64,000 bases of DNA from the NCBI GenBank assembly GCA_963749915.1, contig CAVVOP010000008.1:448001-512000 (forward strand). The letters are read 5' to 3'. This document shows, in pieces, positions 62,463 through 64,000 of this stretch. The DNA is from an uncultured cyanobacterium (lineage in GTDB: Bacteria > Cyanobacteriota > Cyanobacteriia > Cyanobacteriales > Cyanobacteriaceae). Made by a program: the position numbers and the translations under genes. The notes under the pieces were generated by a model, which searched no databases, was not told the DNA's origin, and worked only from the letters and a program-made list of their open reading frames with translations. Position 1 is the first letter of the stretch, and every line of letters begins with the position of its first letter.

Positions 62463-63746
62463 ATGAAAGCAAAGACTTTTTTCCGTACCACTTTCTTTCC
62501 CTTATTTTTAATCCTGGTGTGTCCCATCACTGTTGTCCTTATGTGGCTCACCTATACCGAATATGGGGGATCTGTGGTGAGTATGCTGTCAGAAATTGAC
62601 ATGGGGAATTTTTTCCAAATCTTACCTAAGCCTACAGTGTTAGCCTGTAAAATATTACTTATCTTTGTTGCCATAGAAGGGGTGTTGATGATCGTGCTTC
62701 CGGGGAAAACATATAATGCACCAGTTACTCCATCTGGAAATACAATTAGATACAAAGACAACGGTTTCCTAGCCTGGATAATTACACACCTATTGTTATT
62801 TATTTTTGCCTATGAATTAAAGTGGTTTCCCTTAACTGTTGTTTATGATAATTTCGGTTCAATTCTCACTACTTGTAGTGTATTTAGCTTGCTGTTTTGC
62901 GTTTTTTTATACATCAAAGGGATCTGGTTTCCCTCTAGTAATGACATTAATAAAAGTGGCAACCTCATCTTTGATTATTATTGGGGAGTTGAACTCCATC
63001 CACGCATTTTCGGGTTTGATTTAAAACAGTTTATGATTTGTCGATTGGCGATGATGGGATGGAGTCTTATTATCTTATCTTTTATGGCAAAACAGTATGA
63101 GATATATGGCTATGTTAGTAATTCCATGATTTTGGCTGTTGTCCTTCAGAGTATCTACATTCTCAAATTTTTCTGGTGGGAGACTGGATATCTTGCTACT
63201 CTTGATGTGATGCACGATCACTTTGGCTTTTATATTTGTTGGGGAGTAATCACTTGGCTACCCTGTGTTTATCCATCACCTATTCTCTATTTAGTTGAAC
63301 ATCCCTATGATTTATCAACTCCTCTTTTTGGAGGAATTTTACTTTTAGGGTTGTTGGCTATCTATATCAATTACAATGCTGACAACCAGCGCCAGAGAGT
63401 AAGGGAAACCCAGGGCAACTGTACTATTTGGGGCAAACAACCAAACTTAATTGTTGCCAACTATAAGACAGAAGATGGCAATACCAGAGAAAATTTATTG
63501 TTGGTTTCTGGGTGGTGGGGTGTTTCTCGCCATTTTAACTACATTGCTGAGATTACCCTTGCCCTTTGCTGGACGTTACCTTGTTTATTTAGCCATATCC
63601 TGCCCTATTTCTATGTTACTTTTCTCACCATTCTGCTTGTGCATCGTTCTTTTCGTGATGATGAACGCTGTCACCAAAAATATGGTATCTTTTGGGAAAA
63701 ATATTGTGCTATTGTTCCTTATCGACTTGTTCCGGGTTTATACTGA
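62463..63746 (+). CDS. Sterol delta-7 reductase (7-dehydrocholesterol reductase; ERG4/ERG24 family)
   Basis: DYYWGVELHPRI.GFDLKQF, KFFWWETGY..TLDVMHD, LLVSGWWGVSRHFNY, RDDERCHQKYG..W.KYC..VPYRLVPG; multiple TM helices. Confidence 0.88.
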   Translation: MKAKTFFRTTFFPLFLILVCPITVVLMWLTYTEYGGSVVSMLSEIDMGNFFQILPKPTVLACKILLIFVAIEGVLMIVLPGKTYNAPVTPSGNTIRYKDNGFLAWIITHLLLFIFAYELKWFPLTVVYDNFGSILTTCSVFSLLFCVFLYIKGIWFPSSNDINKSGNLIFDYYWGVELHPRIFGFDLKQFMICRLAMMGWSLIILSFMAKQYEIYGYVSNSMILAVVLQSIYILKFFWWETGYLATLDVMHDHFGFYICWGVITWLPCVYPSPILYLVEHPYDLSTPLFGGILLLGLLAIYINYNADNQRQRVRETQGNCTIWGKQPNLIVANYKTEDGNTRENLLLVSGWWGVSRHFNYIAEITLALCWTLPCLFSHILPYFYVTFLTILLVHRSFRDDERCHQKYGIFWEKYCAIVPYRLVPGLY

Positions 63747-63925
63747 GAGCTTGTGAATCAAACCTAGCTCAAATACTGTGATGACTGAGATGTCAGGGTT
63801 TGATGACTAGGTTAAGTTTTATCAGGGAGCGGGATCTTTATCAGGGGGGATGACTATGATTAAGTTATTTAATTTGCCATTCATTGGTGTTTGTTTGGTT
63901 GCGCTTTCGCTTTAAGGGTTAAATT

Positions 63926-64000
63926 ATGACACTTTCGACAGATTCTATGGACACTGTTCAACTGATAATTGAGGACGATCGCACTGGATTAAGTGTGGAG
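63926..64000 (+). CDS. glgP: Glycogen phosphorylase, N-terminus (truncated by window)
   Basis: MTLSTDSMDTVQLIIEDDRTGLSVE; EDDRTGLSVE is the characteristic start of cyanobacterial GlgP. Confidence 0.7.
   Translation, partial: MTLSTDSMDTVQLIIEDDRTGLSVE

Noticed and set aside
654..63746. shc plus sterol reductase as one biosynthetic gene cluster
   Set aside because: They are ~60 kb apart, separated by housekeeping genes, and no epoxidase, P450 or hpn genes are present. Only a functional hypothesis is retained.
1..64000. CRISPR array or cas genes
   Set aside because: No regularly spaced 25-40 bp repeats with unique spacers; repeats seen are heptamer STRRs and TIR-bounded MITEs.

Overview
AT-rich (by eye ~30-35% GC) chromosomal segment of a unicellular cyanobacterium. 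Evidence: HIP1 GCGATCGC sites, heptamer tandem repeats (STRRs), and rpaA, a Psb35-related gene, ycf66 and bioU; probably Cyanobacterium/Geminocystis-like (inference). The backbone is housekeeping: argF, sat, fumC, ppk2, iscS-like, rpaA, cobU, ssb-like, tRNA-His, rpsP-khpA, lptA/B/F, bioU, mutT, acs and the start of glgP. Four accessory inserts interrupt it. (1) A porin + SET-domain protein + hybrid histidine kinase cassette (2.8-7.8 kb). (2) A GC-rich decaying polymorphic-toxin island (15.4-23.3 kb): a frameshifted helix-hairpin-helix/Ig-like gene, an ISKra4 element, an Rhs toxin with a HExxE...H C-terminus, a dead immunity-position ORF and a YoeB fragment. (3) A MITE-flanked pair: a secreted small protein plus an M23/PG-binding enzyme ending in an animal-like goose-type lysozyme domain (44.2-46.5 kb). 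(4) An IS graveyard followed by a plant/Coxiella-like sterol delta-7 reductase (60.3-63.7 kb). The squalene-hopene cyclase has a non-canonical active site: DIDYSS instead of DxDDTA, plus Tyr609->Asn. Several MITE families and a 94-bp nested, GNRA-capped structured element occur in intergenic regions. No CRISPR array was seen. All family calls come from motif recognition, not database searches.
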